NCBI GenBank assembly: GCA_904063045.1
Contig: CAJFCJ010000047.1
Coordinates: 1-64,000 of the forward strand
Reading direction: 5' to 3'
Length of the DNA: 64,000 bases
From: Dimorphilus gyrociliatus
Taxonomy: Eukaryota > Animalia > Annelida
A program made the translations under genes and the position numbers. Below the pieces are notes generated by a model, which had not been told where the DNA came from, did not search any database, and worked only from the letters and a program-made list of their open reading frames with translations. Positions 62,742 through 64,000 of the stretch are shown piece after piece (positions within the stretch are counted from its first letter, which is position 1; each line of letters opens with the position of its first letter).

Positions 62742-62831
62742 TTTTCAACTTATTTGCTTTTTTAAGTTAAGTTTCTTAGTTATAGACTTTTTCAATTACT
62801 GTATATTATAGTTATAGTACTTTTTTTAATA

Positions 62832-63829
62832 ATGGTGTGGAGTAAAGATATCAGAGAGCTTGTAGTCACAAAATATGCAGAAATAAGGAAATTAAGGGCC
62901 ACAGCAAGGGTTTTAGGAATGGCATCATCATCAGTAAGAAACATCATCAACTATAAAGAGCCAGAGCAAGACAATAGACAATATAAAAGAAGCTTTCAGA
63001 CAGAGAGATAGCCAGAATGAAAAGGATCATCAAGAAGCTGAAAGATAATAAGGAAAGAGTGACAGCAGCAAAGGTTTTGAAAGAATTAGAAGTAGATGTA
63101 AGCATTAGAACCATTCAGAGGGAGCTAAAAAGGCAAAATTTCAAATACCAAAGAATCAGGCAAAGAACAGATCTCACCTCTAAAGATTGTAACCAGCGAA
63201 AAGAATATTGCCTCAAAATGATTAGTGATAATCTAGACTGGTCTAGAGTAATTTTCACCAATGAGGCTAGATTCTCACTAAGTGGACCTGATGACTTTAG
63301 GACCTGGACCAACAATAGCCAAGAGGACTTTAGGGTGACGAAAAATATGGGAAGAGGTGGAGTATTGGTCTGGGGGTTGATCACATCTGATGGCGTATTC
63401 GAAGTATGGAGGATAAAGAAAAGATTAAATGCAGAAATTTATAGCTCCTTCATTGTGGAACATGTTCTTCCTGTTATAGAAGAGATTGAGGCAAAAATGG
63501 GCAGGAAGTACATCTTCCAGCAAGATAATGCTGGCTTACATACAGCAAGAGCAACAGCAAGGGCCTTTAAAAAAAATGAAATTAAGACCATTGATTGGCC
63601 AGCAAGGAGCCCCGACCTGAGCCCAATCAAAAACATGTGGCACCTAACAAAAACAATGGTCTACTATTGGCCACAGTTTGAGTCAGAGGATGAATTATGG
63701 GAAAAAATTAAACAGTGTTCCTATGAGCTCATAAAGAAGAATCCAGAGTTGCTTCCAAATTTGTATGATGGAATGGGCCATAGGATTAGTAAATGTATCG
63801 AAAGGGAGGGTTGGCACATACAAAGATAA
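62832..63829 (+). mobile_element. Tc1 (DD34E) transposase, catalytically mutated
   Basis: IFT(N)EARF, FQQDNA and SPDLSPI(K)N with 34-residue spacing; frameshift near 62987; TIRs not confidently identified. Confidence 0.9.
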
Positions 63830-64000
63830 AGAAAATTTGAACTCAAAAGATTATGTGCCAATAATCATGTTGTTTGGCCAAATAAGAAAAAAAATTGTAA
63901 AACAATAGTAATTTTTATAAAAAAAAAATATGTAAAAACTTACCTAAATGCTTTCTGAAAGAAACTTATATAATATTCCAGGTTTAATCTATAATTTAAG

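Noticed and set aside
61693-62811. Repetitive ORFs (GTFAPAQ, WAGANVP, LGTFFP, RSHPP repeats) and 59123-59326
   Set aside because: These are translations of TIR repeats in stop-poor GC-rich DNA, not proteins.
62742-62830. TIRs for the terminal Tc1 element
   Set aside because: No convincing inverted match was found between the left flank and 63830-64000.
1-64000. tRNA, rRNA or snRNA genes
   Set aside because: No cloverleaf, A/B-box pair or rRNA-like conserved segment was recognised by eye. An Infernal or tRNAscan-SE run would be needed to exclude them.

Overview
This is AT-rich animal genomic DNA with very short GT-AG introns (mostly about 45-85 nt). That profile fits a compact-genome lophotrochozoan such as the annelid Dimorphilus, which is an inference. 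No prokaryotic features, CRISPR array, tRNA or rRNA were seen. Apparently intact multi-exon genes are: an ARM-like/coiled-coil/Death/TIR/TIR protein running off the left edge, a small secreted Cys peptide precursor missed by the ORF track, a DEG/ENaC subunit, an SRCR/C-type lectin/LDLa/LRR GPCR, a discoidin plus Caspr-type protein, a CD225/dispanin, a ribonuclease-inhibitor-like LRR exon, and several secreted PAN-domain genes. They are interleaved with many gene relics (ABCC, EGF-cadherin-TM, furin-like Cys repeats plus Ly6, ZYG11-like, LRR, LamG) and many transposons (mariner, Tc1, MULE, MITEs, solo-LTR-like pieces, BEL/Pao, Ty3/Gypsy). Three observations stand out. (1) The Gypsy Pol has a long acidic insert between protease and RT containing four 21-aa repeats that each resemble a phospho-SUMO-interacting motif. 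(2) A MULE transposon is inserted, with a 9-bp TSD, exactly on the last splice acceptor of a related MULE, so the TSD regenerates the acceptor and the host transposase could be spliced back intact. (3) The MULE termini are built from tandem binding-site repeats whose end convention is shared by a dispersed MITE family. A single N at 57155 marks an assembly junction, and many frameshifts lie in homopolymer runs, so some apparent lesions may be assembly errors.
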